Part shown: positions 41,874 to 56,686 of the stretch, piece by piece | How the letters are laid out: every line of letters begins with the position of its first letter | How positions within the stretch are numbered: position 1 is the first letter of the stretch | Assembly (NCBI GenBank): GCA_951406725.2 | Contig: OX597823.1 | Span: forward strand, 50,964,001 to 51,028,000 | Reading direction: 5' to 3' | DNA length: 64,000 nucleotides | From: Octopus vulgaris | Lineage: Eukaryota | Notes under the pieces: generated by a model | What the model saw: only the letters and a program-made list of their open reading frames with translations | Told to the model about the DNA's origin: nothing | The model's database searches: none | Translations under genes and position numbers: made by a program

Positions 41874-42420
41874 TCAGTGCATACCATGAAAGTGACACTG
41901 GGGCAAAATATACGAAGCCCAGCATACCCATTATGAGTACATGTCTGCTAAGGGTGCACAAGACACATGCATCACAACAATGTGTGAACGACATGGTGAT
42001 CTCATATCTAGATAAACAGTGCATGATCTTGCAGGTCGGGCCTAGATAAAATTTTCTTTAGGTTGAATAGCCCATTACGCTCAAAAGGACCCTGAATAAG
42101 AGTTATGTAATGCTGTTGAATGAAACACCCATGTTTTCAGAGGTGAATTACCCAAGCCACAAAGAATTCCTCTCAACACATGGCTATGATACTCTCCCAC
42201 TACTCTGCTCGTGGTCAGAGATGCACATTTTATCAGTCACTAAGGGACATACTCAACTGATTAAGGTCAAACAACTGACAAGCAAATTTTTGGCATTGAG
42301 CTGAATATTTGCTGTAGCCAGTCTTTTATACCAAGGCAGAACAATGTACATAATAACACTTCCAACCAGTTAAGATCAGAAGTCCCAAGAGTCACTGTCT
42401 GGTACTGCATCAGGGCATTT
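41872..42420 (-). mobile_element. Family E repeat, near full length
   Basis: Colinear with 19380-19926 and has the same 5' boundary (TGCATCA.GGCA.TT). Confidence 0.85.
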
Positions 42421-42434
42421 ATTGTTGTTGTTAT

Positions 42435-42550
<116 letters not shown>

Positions 42551-42688
42551 TTCGGCAGAAGTTATAACGTGTCACAAAGAACGAATTTAATTTGATAAAT
42601 TTCGCGACAGTTTTGATAAATCCATTCACACATCTTTCGATCTTTAACTGACTTTCTAGGGTCTGCCGTGTTTGTGTATGTATGTATG

Positions 42689-42722
<34 letters not shown>

Positions 42723-42792
42723 TGTATGTATGTATGTATGTATGTATGTATGTATGTATGTATGTATGCGCGTGTGTACATATATATATATA

Positions 42793-43722
42793 TATAATAA
42801 CAATATAATAAACAAATAAAATATATGCATATATACATACATATATGTACATACTTACATCTATATGTATATATACATGCATATATATATATGAGTACAG
42901 GACACCACAAATAAACGTAGAACACAACGAGAAACGAAAACATAAAGTCAAACAAGGAAACGGACTTTTTTTAACAACGAAAAATCAGAGTACAGGACAA
43001 ACAATACAAGGAAAATTCCCATTCATCAGCTGCCCCTGGTTCGACTCAATGCGTGTTTCGAAGGTAAGGTTAGAACACCGCCAGACCGAAGCAGTCCTTC
43101 CTGCAAAATGAATTAAGTAAACTTCTTTTGCAGAGGGGTAAAACAAGTGACAAGAACAGGATGTAAAAGCAATACAAATGAAGAAAAAACAGTAGAAAAA
43201 CAGTACAAATAAAGAATAACAGGACAGGGAACCATCAATAAGGGCTTTTTTTAGGCCTAGACGGTGGAAAAATTAGTTAGAACGCATGTGAAAAATCGGC
43301 TTGCGAAAGTCAGGAAAGTCGATGTATGCTTGTTGAAGAACGAAGCTGAAAGAAAGTTTTAGTAGCCCTCTGGTCAATGGCAAGAAAGAGGAGGAGGAGG
43401 AGGAGGAGAGAGAGAGAGAGAGAAAGAGGGGAAAAGAAACCAGAAAGGGTGAAAAATAAGAAGGAGAGAGACAAGTAGAGAGGAAGACAGACAGGCAGGG
43501 AGGAAAGGTCAAGTAAAGAGTAAGAGTGCGCGTCATGATTATTCAAATAAAAACTTACTTGGAGAAGAGAAATAGAGAAATAACGCGTGCGTTCGGTCAT
43601 ATAATAACAATATAATAAATAAATAAAATATATGCATATATACATACATATATGTACATACTTACATATACATGTATATATACATGCATATATATATATA
43701 TATATGAGTACAGGACACCGTA

Positions 43723-43766
<44 letters not shown>

Positions 43767-43904
43767 TGTATATATACATGTAGATGTAAGTATGTACATA
43801 TATGTATGTATATATGCATATATTTTATTTATTTATTATATTGTTATTATATGACCGAACGCACGCGTTATTTCTCTATTTCTCTTCTCCAAGTAAGTTT
43901 TTAT
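42793..43904 (-). mobile_element. Non-autonomous Penelope-like insertion: ~813-bp unit + partial tandem repeat + inverted segment
   Basis: Direct repeat 42793-42906 / about 43600-43719 (both end GAGTACAGGACACC), and a near-perfect inverted repeat 43547-43711 / 43720-43904. Flanked by (TA)n. Confidence 0.75.
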
Positions 43905-44313
43905 ATATATACTCAGGTACTCAGTTCCATTTAGCCACCTTGTTCTAGGAAACCTGGACATGCGCGTGTGCGGTGCGTGTGTCTGAATGTGTAAGCTCGT
44001 GAGAGTTTCTCTCTATGTTTGTATGCGCGTGCATATTTGAGTTCATATCTTAAGAGCCTGACAAACGGTGCTGGTTTCCTTACTTCCTCGAAACATAACG
44101 GTTCGGCAAAAGACAATGATAGAATAAGTATACAAAGAAATGCTGAAGTCGATTTGGTCTAGTACGTACCTCCAAGGCCGGAGAGTATCATGGCTGGATT
44201 TCAAAGACTAATACAAATATAATGATCAAACAATACTTGTTCATATATACGTATCTTATATTCATTCGTATACACGTATGTAGTAGGTACCTGCACATGC
44301 ATATATAAATATA

Positions 44314-44379
<66 letters not shown>

Positions 44380-44551
44380 TCACATACATACCTATATATA
44401 TGTACACACATCTGTATGGCAAAAATTAATAGTACCTGTATTTCGAAGGACCAGCCTTGTCACACGCTGAATATCCCTCAAAACTACGTAACGCGCATGC
44501 GCACACTCAGACACACATATATGGAAACAGACGAATGGATTATCTAGTACT

Positions 44552-44654
44552 GTAACAATTGTTTCGTCGTATCAGTATCATTTAGAGTCAAGTTTACAGT
44601 CAAGTAATAATAAGTATGCAATACGTTACGCAACTCTCAACTCATCAGGTTTAC
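44552..44654 (-). ncRNA. Hammerhead-like motif with long stem II, stem I damaged
   Basis: Minus strand CTGATGA-GTTG...(long insert)...CGAC-GAAAC-AATT-GT-T. Stem I does not pair in register. Confidence 0.45.
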
Positions 44655-45036
44655 CCTATAAGCAAGCGAACACTGACATGGGTTCAGTGTGCCTCAATGT
44701 ACAATTTTTAACATCATATTAAAGACTCTTAATGAAGCAATTATAACGGTACCAGATTACCTTTTATGTTATTGCGCCGCACTTAGGGTTCCATTCATCT
44801 TTGGTTTCTATTCGAGCTGAGGATTATCAAATAGCAGTGGACTTCGCTTTATCGATATAATACATGCGATTATAATGAATTACTTAACTGACTTGTGTTA
44901 TTCTGTCTGGCCATTAATCGTGGCGTGCTTAATTTTGATATGATTTGGTCCTTAATGATGGATCTCCTTTAATCAGATCCATATATTCTCACATATATAT
45001 ATGTATATATACACATACACGTGTACACATGCATAC

Positions 45037-45073
<37 letters not shown>

Positions 45074-45523
45074 GCTCGCACAAATACATATGTAGAACAC
45101 ATCGTATTCGGTAACATCTGAAACATATATACGTAATTCTACAGTTATTCATAGGAATTCGTTGACTGTGGTGATTGAACATATATAAGAAGAATAAACC
45201 TATTGTTTTCTGATTTAAAGAGAAAAATAAAAATTGGGAATCTTCTTACCGATCTGTTTGAAGATGTTTGTCTCTCGTCAAAGAGAGCTGTACCTATTTT
45301 TAGACAACGAAAGAAATTTTAGTCTAACTCGCTGTGTATAGCCCAAGCAGATCAAGTTTGAACAATAAAAACCCAACCTGATTTGCATAAAGTACGTTAG
45401 TTGGTAATGAATTATTTTATATTTAAAGAATACACGGCGTTATCTGAAACACCAGAACATGTATAATGCAAGAAATTCTACAGTTACATCTTTGAAATTC
45501 TAAGCTCTCTCACTCTCTTTTTC

Positions 45524-45558
<35 letters not shown>

Positions 45559-46029
45559 GTGCTATGGCCTATATAAACAATAACACTCGAAAACTACTCT
45601 CTTTGCAATACCGCTGATGAAGGTATCACTTCTCTTTGTACAACTCCGAGTATTTAGTCGGCCGGAGAGAGGATTGTTTCGACATAGTACATATATCTAT
45701 CATCTAGTTTGATTTGTTTTCAAATATCTTTTAGTATTATGAGTTGGTGAATTAAATATACATATGTGTGTATGTGTGTGTGTATATGTGTGTGGCGCAC
45801 ATTCACACACCCATATATATATACAGGATTCTTTCAGTTTCGGTAAAACAAACCCACTCACGAGGTTTTGGGCGGAGCAAGGGTCCGTGGCTATAGCAGA
45901 AAACACATACCCAAGCTACCACAGAGTTACTGATATTGGAAACATGTTTGGAAGGCAAACTTCTTAACACAGCACCTGGTCTTAAATTTAGTGGATGATC
46001 CCCTTGGGTACTATACAACTGCATCCAGT

Positions 46030-46243
46030 TACTCTTTTTTACTCTTTTACTTGTTTCAGTCATTTGACTGCGGCCATGCTGGAGCACCGCCTTTAGTCGA
46101 GCAAATCGACCCCGGGACTTATTCTTTGTAAGCCCAGTACTTATTCTATCGGTCTCTTTTTGCCGAACCGCTAAGTGACGGGGACATAAACACACCAGCA
46201 TCGGTTGTCAAGCAATGCTAGGGGGACAAACACAGAGATAGAA

Positions 46244-46290
<47 letters not shown>

Positions 46291-46463
46291 CATATATACG
46301 ACAGGCTTCTTTCAGTTTCCATCTACCAAATCCACTCACAAGGCATTGGTCGGCCCGGGGCTATAGTAGAAGACACTTGCCCAAGATGCCACGCAGTGGG
46401 ACTGAACCCGGAACCATGTGGTTGGTTAGCAAGCTACTTACCACACAGCCACTCCTGCGCCTA
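46030..46463 (-). mobile_element. SINE family B, young subfamily, full length
   Basis: Complete from head TAGGCGCAGGAGTGGCTGTGTGG to tail. Confidence 0.93.
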
Positions 46464-46464
46464 T

Positions 46465-46690
46465 AGCCACTCCTGGCATTTGTATAACACTCAATGCCAA
46501 AATTACGTATTAGCCCTTCTAGTGTTTTCCATACGGAGATTGTAACATATCTGCCGCGTTTTTGCTCCACGGAGTAAAGTTGTAGTATTTTCAGCCTCGC
46601 CTTGTAGCTCATCTTCTGCACAGTTACAATCTGTTTAGTGAAGTGACGTATATGTATGTAATTCGATAAGTACCGTGCCCGAAAATTTGG
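46465..46690 (-). mobile_element. CR1-like LINE fragment
   Basis: MSYKARLKILQLYSVEQKRGRYVTISVWKTLEG matches the CR1 post-RT YxxRLxxLxLxSLExRR pattern. Confidence 0.7.
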
Positions 46691-47190
46691 TGCTCCAATC
46701 ACTTTGTAACTGCTACTGATTCAGTGTTCCAGCATGACCACAGCTTTTGAGGTGAAACGTGTAAAAGAGTGAAAGAATAAAAGAGTACACTCTTGTTTTG
46801 AGTTCTACTATGTTCTCTTTCTGCCATCAAACATCGTATACATACATACATACATACATACATACATACATACATACATACATACATACATACATACATA
46901 CGTAGTTATGCATTTTCGAAACAAATGAATCTCGAAACACATAAAGCTATGTGCTTTAAGATCCATTGCTTCGAACAAGAATTACTTTACGTTCTCTCAG
47001 AAGTTTATAAATTCTTATGACGCTAAATTTATGTGTGCGTGTGTTCGTGTGTCAGAGTGTTAGTGTATGCATTCATATATACGTATATTGGCAGAAGCAT
47101 ACACATATCCATACAAACATACATATATACATGCACACACAGACGCGCGCACACACACATACACACTCACACACTCCCTCTCTTTCCCCG

Positions 47191-47224
<34 letters not shown>

Positions 47225-47249
47225 CACATACATACATATATATATACAC

Positions 47250-47286
<37 letters not shown>

Positions 47287-47685
47287 AACACACATACACA
47301 AACACGCACATACACACATTCACACTCACACATACACACACACACATACACACACATGCGCACACACACATATACGGAGAGTGAGGTGCAGAGATAGCGA
47401 AAAAAGAAGGCGCAGCCCAGAGAATTAGTGATAGAATTAGAAGTGCACGTATGTACATGTGGTGCATTCACGTGTGCAGAAGGATGTAGCTGTCCAATGC
47501 ATTGTAAGTTATATTTGAATAAAGACCGTCTGCTTACACACTTAGGTACAGGCCAACGGGATAGGTTGCTTGAAATGGCAGTTAAATCACTCCCCGTCCC
47601 AGTTCACACGCGACCCTTTATAAAAAAAAATACATCAGAGTCACATTGGGTAATTTAGTCCTAAATATATATTAATGTGTGTGTA

Positions 47686-47713
47686 TCTCTCTATATATAA
47701 AACTGAGAATGTG

Positions 47714-47744
<31 letters not shown>

Positions 47745-48811
47745 GTGTTTCCCCAAAACTTGAGAACTACACAACCAATTTCATTCAAATTTTATACATG
47801 CCTTACTTAGGGTCCGGGGAGTGTCACCGGCAAAAAATTTTAACTTTTTGCCTAGGGCGAGCCCACAGAAATATCTTTTCTTCTCCTCTATGATTCCCTA
47901 AAACTTGAGAACTACACAACCAATTTCATTCAAATTTTACACATGCCTTACGTAGGATCCATGTAGTTTTATGGGCAAAAAAATGTTCAACTTCTTGCCT
48001 AGGGCGAGCCCATAGCAATATCATATCTTCTCCACTATTTCAGTATTACGTGTTAAAAGTGAAACAAAAATATTTCTCTATTTTATGTCAGATACTTTCA
48101 CTTTAACAATAAAAATTAGAGATAATAATAACAATTGAATTATATGCAGTAAGTAATAATTAAAATCAAACTAAAGTATAATATAATCGTAACATAACAA
48201 AAGTGAAAATAGCAATTGGTATAAAATTGCATCAATGACTTGAACTTGAATAAGTGGTTTCACATGAATGGGAATAAATTAAAAATAAAATTAATGCGCA
48301 GAAATGGAATAGTCCATTAAATTAAAGAAAAGACAATTGTCTATAAAGTATACAATGTAGACAGAAAAAAATAGATTTGAACACCTGAAAGAAAGCACCA
48401 TCGAAAAGTGTCTTGGTGCGACTATGAAAGATATCAAGTATCTAATAGGAGGCGATAAATTCGCCACAATAGAAGCAAGGTTCGAGTCAACGGAGCGTGC
48501 AAGGGAGTACTCGACTCGAACCTTGCAAAGTGGAAATATTTTATTTTTACCTTTATATTTGGGACGTAGGACGTCCCGGATAAAAATTTAAAATGTCCCC
48601 CAGAAGTAGAGGTAGGCTGGATTGTAGCCACACTTCTATAGAAGAGGGAGACAAGATACAATTGATCGAAATTGCAAGAGACGGGCCTACAATTACAGTC
48701 TGTTATATATTTTGAGTATTGTTATCACTAGCGATATCAAGATATAACTTTGTATTTTGTATTTTATGTGTAGATGTATATATATATATACAACGCCGGG
48801 TCATAATGCTA

Positions 48812-48812
<1 letters not shown>
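47686..48812 (+). mobile_element. Non-autonomous Helitron
   Basis: Starts A|TCTCTCTATATATAAAA and ends CAACGCCGGGTCATAATGCTAG|T (TC...CTAG between A and T, no TSD). Has a subterminal (TGTC)n tract and an internal ~140-bp tandem duplication (47750-48030). Confidence 0.75.
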
Positions 48813-49892
<1,080 letters not shown>

Positions 49893-49950
49893 ACATATAT
49901 ATATATGTCTATATACATATACATATATATACATATATACATATACATAC

Positions 49951-50000
<50 letters not shown>

Positions 50001-50439
50001 ATATATATATACACACATATATATATATATACATATACATATATATAAGATATTGATGTGTGTGATGTGCGTATGATTATACATATATATGCTTGCCGTG
50101 TGATCGTCTGTTATTTGCCCAGTGCAGTCAGTCAGCAAGTGTGTGTGTGCAGCGTTTCATTGTTCCGACCGTTGTCGAAAATTGTGTCTGTGTGTTCGTT
50201 TCAGCTGCTGATCTTGCAACGTGTGAATAATACAACGAACAAACGTTTTTTTAGTGGGTTTTCTTCCTCAAGTTTCCTCTCAGTACAGAATGAACAGTTT
50301 CTCTACCGAGGAACACGGTTTTAGCATAGATACTGAGGCATCAAGTACACCGCTTTGTGTGAGTATGCATACATGTATGTATGTATGTATGTATGTATGT
50401 ATGTATGTATGTATGTATGTATGTATGTATGTATACCCT

Positions 50440-50653
50440 TTTACCCTTTTACTTGTTTCAGTCATTTGACTGCGGCCAAGCTGGAACACCGCCTTTAATC
50501 GAGCAACTCGACCCCGGGACTTATTCTTTTGTAAGCCCAGTACTTATTCTATCGGTCTCTTTTGCCGAACCGCTAAGTAATGGGGACATAAACACACCAG
50601 CATCGGTTGTCAAGCAATGCTAGGGGGACAAACACAGACCCACAAACACACAC

Positions 50654-50714
<61 letters not shown>

Positions 50715-50872
50715 TACGACGGGCTTCTTTCAGTTTCCGTCTACCAAATCCACTCACAAGGCTTTGGTCGGCCCGAGGCTATAGTAGAAGACACTTGCCC
50801 AAGGTGCCACGCGGTGGGACTGAACCCGGAACCATGTGGTTGGTAAACAAGCTACTTACCACACAGCCACTC
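50440..50872 (-). mobile_element. SINE family B
   Basis: As other copies. Confidence 0.92.
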
Positions 50873-51149
50873 CATGTATGTATGTATGTATGTATGTATC
50901 CTTTATCTTTTATATTTTACTTGAACTGCGGTGGAGCTGGGACATCCTTGAAGGGTTTAGTGGGACATATCAAACCCTTTGCATACTGTTATCTTTTGAT
51001 ACTTTTTCTATCGGAACGTCTCGCCGAGCCGCTATGTTACGGAGGCCTACACATACCAATAGCGGTTGTCAAGCGGTGTTGGGGAACAAATGCAAAGGCA
51101 AGAACACCTATAAGCATATTATACATATACATACATACGTATATGTGTA

Positions 51150-51199
<50 letters not shown>

Positions 51200-51273
51200 A
51201 TGCGTGTGCGTATACGTGTGTTTGCATGTATATACATATATATATATATACATATACATATATACATATGTAT

Positions 51274-51322
<49 letters not shown>

Positions 51323-51404
51323 GGTCCCGGGTTGAGTCGGGGTTAACCACAGCAAATAAGGTACTCAATACATAGCAGAGTAAATTAATTTATTTTATAG
51401 AAGG

Positions 51405-51454
51405 AGTTCTACAGGACTAGAACTGTTTCATTCAAAAGAAATCATCAGGAAGCT
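51405..51454 (-). ncRNA. Type I hammerhead ribozyme (mirror copy)
   Basis: Same motif on the minus strand, with stem I shortened to 3 bp by a 1-nt deletion. Confidence 0.65.
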
Positions 51455-51501
51455 TCCTGATGATTTCTTTTGAATGAAACAGTTCTAGTCCTGTAGAAGC
51501 T
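51451..51501 (+). ncRNA. Type I hammerhead ribozyme
   Basis: AGCTTC-CTGATGA-t TTC tttt GAA t-GAAAC-AG ttctagtc CT-GT-A-GAAGCT. 6-bp stem I, stem III ACAG/CTGT, GUA triplet. Confidence 0.8.
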
Positions 51502-51619
51502 CCTTCTATAAAATAAATATATATATATATATAAATATATGAAAATGATAATGCCATACATTATTGTATATATAAATATATATATTTATATACATATATA
51601 GATACATACATATATACGT

Positions 51620-51681
<62 letters not shown>

Positions 51682-52588
51682 GCACGAGTGAGTGGACAAA
51701 TGATATTAATAAAGATCAGGAAAGCTGAGATTTGCACAGCGCATCCAAGTTTTATCATACAGTTAATCACATCGTTCTTCGTCGTGACCAAGTGAGGATT
51801 AACCTAGTATAGCAAATTTCAACTAACCTGAGTTTCATCAACATTCACTCTGGCTAGCCAACTTTGACAACCGATAGGACCCAACAGGGTATCTGCTAGG
51901 ATTATATATCCTTCGCAACCATTTTGAATATACATATGGATCCTTAGCTCACTCAAAATCCGAAATAAGGATACTTTGCAACTCTTATGGAGAACTTTTT
52001 CTCTCAATTGTCTGGACTATTGCTTTCAGCTGTGGTCATCGCTGAGTATCAAATTGGCAGCAGTACTTGGGGAGAATTAGCGCCACTACCCAAAGAAAAT
52101 TGACTCGGGGAAACAGATGAGCTCCTGGGAGGGGCTACAAGAGGCTACTCTCTGGAGAGATTGCGAGAAAGGTATGCAGTGATTTACATATAGAAGATCT
52201 AGCTCCCAACTTTGGAATTAAAAGTTACAAAAATGACCGAACTGGACGGCACTGCATAATACCAAAGGTACCATCTTCTTAATGTCGGATAAGTGACCCT
52301 AGTATTGCAATAGCGTAGGTTTTAGGAGCCCACAACTTTTTAGCATGCTGCTAGAAAACCTTTGAGATTTGCGAGGTGTAGATGTGGAAACCTCAAAACG
52401 CACCTGGACTAATTGCCATCTGAAATCCCAGGTAAACACACATCGCGGCAGGAGGGACAAAGAAGAGCAGCTCCGTCGATCTTCTTCACCAAAAATAGTA
52501 CAGAAGGGAAACCTCAAATTACTGAAAAGCGTTGCTCCGGCATGGTCTTAGCCACTGGCTGAAACCAGTAAAGCAGTAAAAGAGTAAT

Positions 52589-52638
<50 letters not shown>

Positions 52639-52953
52639 GTTAATTAGAGGATACATTAACCTCTTAAAGGGCTGATTACACACAAGAAGACACTGGTTCT
52701 ATACCTAATATTTTGGGGAAATAAAATTTCCCTAAATCAATAGGTGTATATGAGGCATATAATTCATATTCAATTTTTATTGTATTTTGCTTTTTATTTA
52801 ATTTCATTCTACCGCATTATTTATTTGACTTTATTTTCTATTATATTTAAATTAGTCTGTTAACGCTCGCGCACACACAAAAATAGAAATAAAATAGTTC
52901 CATGTCTGGTATGAACTAAGAGGTCAACGTGTAATCTTTTAATGTATATCTTT

Positions 52954-53049
52954 TTCCCAGATGATATTTTGCTCATATTTTATAAATGCAAATTTAAAGC
53001 ATAAATTTGTAATTGATTTAATGAGTACAACTGGAAACAGCTGTAGGAA
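52954..53049 (+). ncRNA. Hammerhead motif with long stem II and U4A core change
   Basis: TTCC-CAGATGA-(GCTCAT..GCAAATTTA/TAAATTTGT..ATGAGT hairpin)-GAAAC-AGCT-GT-A-GGAA. Confidence 0.6.
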
Positions 53050-53110
53050 GTAAGAATTATAAATTCATTAATAAATAATTAACTTACAACTCTTCATTTT
53101 CTTTTATTGT

Positions 53111-53167
<57 letters not shown>

Positions 53168-53171
<4 letters not shown>

Positions 53172-53480
53172 TTATACCTGATGAATGAGCGTGGCTCAGT
53201 GATTCGAGCGTCGAGACATTTCAATTCACGTTACTCCAGTTCACTCAGCTGCAGAAATGAGTTGCGACATCACTGGCGCAAAGTTGTATCGGCCTTTGCC
53301 TTTCGCTTGGATAACAACGGTGGTATGGAGATGAAAGTCTGGTATGCATAGGCGACCGCTGGTCTTCCATAATATCAACCCTAGGTTGTGCGTTCTCCGG
53401 TGAGGCGACTTTTTACCCAGACTTGTACCCCGGAAGGTAACCTCCTAGGAGCACCCGTGGTCATTCGTGACCAACGGAGT
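53168..53480 (+). mobile_element. tRNA-derived SINE family D (older copy)
   Basis: Head GCGTGGCTCAGTGATTCGAGCG, and the body matches 54563-54880. Confidence 0.75.
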
Positions 53481-53530
53481 CGAATTCAAATGTATAACTT
53501 CATATATATCTATATATCTATTTATCTTCA

Positions 53531-53600
<70 letters not shown>

Positions 53601-53736
53601 TGTTGTAGGGAATAATCCTAATGTTTTTAGTTTTCAAAAATTAGTTAATGGAATTTTTTATAAGAAAAATTATTTTATTTATTTTTTAATATATATTGTT
53701 TAACTCTATTTGCTTATTTATTTAACTATTATCATT

Positions 53737-53836
53737 AACCTGAAGATTGACTATAATTTTAAATCGAATTTACTTCAATTGAATTTAAACTTAATTGTAA
53801 TTCGAATTTAATTGTAGCCATGAAACGTACGTAGTT
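53737..53836 (+). ncRNA. Type I hammerhead ribozyme with extended stem II
   Basis: AAC-CTGAAGA-t-TGACTATAATT...AATTGTAGCCA-t-GAAAC-GTAC-GT-A-GTT. Palindromic stem III ACGTACGT. Confidence 0.8.
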
Positions 53837-53998
53837 TTTTTACTTATTATATTTTGTTCATTCATTTTTATACTTTTTGAGATCTTGTTATATGTTTTAT
53901 AAAAATATGTTATGTTATTTATGTTTTGGTTTATGTCTATCATTGTTTCAGTTGCATAATAGTGGTTTTATCTCGAATTTATATTTTATATATATGTG

Positions 53999-54054
<56 letters not shown>

Positions 54055-54056
<2 letters not shown>

Positions 54057-54215
54057 GCGTGACTGTGTCATAAGAAGCTTGCTGCCCAACCACATGGTTC
54101 CGAGTTCAGTCCCACTGCGTGACACCTTGGGCAAGTGTCCACTACTATAGTCTCGAGCCGACCATAGCCTTGTGAGTGGATTTGATAAACCGAAACTGAA
54201 AGAAGCCTTTCGTCT
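54055..54215 (+). mobile_element. SINE family B 5' half
   Basis: GGTTCCGAGTTCAGTCCCACTGCGTGACACCTTGGGCAAGTG. An older 3' half lies at about 54990-55215. Confidence 0.85.
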
Positions 54216-54334
54216 ATATATATATATCAATATAAAGTTAATCCAAACAAGAAAGCACAAAAAAACACAACAACACGAGGACGTGGAAGAAATATAATAT
54301 TATTGGACGCTCAGGAAAGAAAGAAAGAAGGAGG

Positions 54335-54369
54335 GTTTAACGTTTCGAGCGGAGCTCTTCGTCGGAAAC
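54335..54369 (-). ncRNA. Minimal hammerhead (CCGACGA core variant)
   Basis: GTTT-CCGACGA-a-GAGC tcc GCTC-GAAAC-GT-T-AAAC. Stem III has no loop (AACGTT palindrome). It lies in a ~215-bp segment (54230-54445) bounded by (TA)n. Confidence 0.7.
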
Positions 54370-54440
54370 ATAGGGGAAGGAAAGATCCAGAGAATGGAAG
54401 ACAGAGGAAAAAAATCGCCAGCGGTACACACGCGGTCACA

Positions 54441-54880
<440 letters not shown>

Positions 54881-54891
54881 ACATATATATA

Positions 54892-54969
<78 letters not shown>

Positions 54970-55521
54970 TGTTTGTGTGCGTGTGTGTTTTTGCGTATTT
55001 GTCTACCAGCCATCGCTGCTTCACAACTAGTGTTGGCTTGTTTATCTTCCCGTACATTAGCGGGTTAGCTGTTTGGCAAAAAGAGACGGACGGAATAAGT
55101 ACAAGGCTAAAATAAATAAGTCCTAGGGTTGATTTGCTCGAATAAACAACTTCTAGGTGGTGCCAAAGCATGGCCACAGTCACTTGACTGAAACAAGAGG
55201 GAAAATAAAAGATAAAAGATATACCTACATAAACAGCCAGCTTAGTCGCTCCTATCTTACAAAGGTACTGGACCTGTTGTGCATATAAAGAAACTGGTTG
55301 TTTCTCTGTATCTGGTCAGTCTGATGTGAACGCTTATGATGAGACTCAATAAGGTTGAAATATCGATTAAGGCTGTTTTACTGAATACACACACACACAT
55401 ACACACACACACTCATTCACACACGTACATACATATATATATATATATGTATGTAAGAATTTTTTGCGTAATGAGATAAAAAAGCCAAAGCTGTATAGAT
55501 ATTAGAGAAATTTATAGATAG

Positions 55522-55573
55522 GTCTTACAGCTGTTTCCAGGATATTTATTAATTATATCCCTTCATCGGAGAC
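55522..55573 (-). ncRNA. Minimal hammerhead (CCGATGA core variant)
   Basis: GTCT-CCGATGA-ag GGATAT...ATATCC tg-GAAAC-AGCT-GT-A-AGAC. Confidence 0.75.
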
Positions 55574-56638
55574 GGTGTGAGAGGATGGTTAAGTAATAAT
55601 TAATTTAGATGGGATACCAAATAGAGAGTGAGGGGGAAGAAAGAAAGTAGATGTGAGATAAGTAGAGATATTGAATTTATAGATCTACTTTTTAGGCAGA
55701 ATGGTATATATGTAAGATTCCAATACCTTATGAGAAAAATCCAACAACATTTAAAATTGTATATATGTATGTATATTCATATCAAAATAATTTACTGACA
55801 GCGTCATGGCATTGATATAGTAGAAGACACTGGCGCAGTATATCGAGCATTGAGACTGAGCATCAAACTAAGTCGTTGAAAAACGGGCTTCTTAGCCACT
55901 CATCAATAACTACATTATTGTGATTACAAAGGATCTGGTTTCCCTCAGATAAAGAAGCCTTCATAGCTGGGATTTAGATAACAAAATTGCTAAATGTTAT
56001 ATGCTTTGTTCTTTAGATAACGTCTTATATATTTTTACTGTTCTTCTTACAAAGTGTCTTCGCAAAGTGCATGTCAGCAGGTCTTTCTCCATGATTGAAA
56101 ACATTAGCTTTTATAGATGTCCACTTTACCAAACAGCCAAATGCACCAATGATGTATATGCTTGCATGCATGCATATATGTATGCATGTAAGTTGTGTTT
56201 ATGTAAGTTATATGTACGTACGTATGCATGTATGTATGTATGTATGTATGTATGTATGTATATATGTATGTATGTATGTATAGTTTTATTTGAAAGCGTC
56301 CTGTAAGTAAAGATTCACTACTCCGTCCTTGAAATTTTAAAGAAACCAAATCCACAATTTGAACAAATGTAGATACATACATGTGGGTGTGTGTACGCGC
56401 AAGTGTGTGTGTGTGTGTGCTCGTGTGTGTGTGAGAGAGTTATTGGTATCCTGAAGACCCAAGATGGCAAGTCAGGCTACGTAAGTACTACGAGAGGGCC
56501 GTCGTTAGACTCGGTTCGATAATAATACGAGTGAGGAGTCTATTGCGGGTCTTGTGTGAGCATGTATATGTTAAATAAAATGAGACAACAAAACTAAGGC
56601 TGTGTGGAATTCATAGGACATTTATAAAGAAAAAAGTA

Positions 56639-56686
56639 GTCTTACAGCTGTTTCTGGGATATTAGGAATATCCCTTCATCAGAGAC
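56639..56686 (-). ncRNA. Type I minimal hammerhead ribozyme
   Basis: GTCT-CTGATGA-a-GGGATAT tccta ATATCCC-a-GAAAC-AGCT-GT-A-AGAC. Confidence 0.85.

Larger units (their letters stand above)
51388..51518. repeat. Spacer-less palindrome (~65-bp arms) made of two divergent hammerheads
   Basis: Centre AAGCTT at 51450-51455. The arms differ by a single indel. Confidence 0.95.

Noticed and set aside
51790-52520. Complex sequence with short ORFs
   Set aside because: No recognisable motif in the frames I examined. It is probably an old TE remnant and cannot be called.
53168-53195. CTGATGA followed by a TGAGC/GCTCA hairpin
   Set aside because: There is no GAAA or stem III, and it overlaps a SINE head.
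55317-55376. CTGATGT...hairpin...GAAATATCGATTA hammerhead-like motif
   Set aside because: A9 is changed and stems I and III are out of register.
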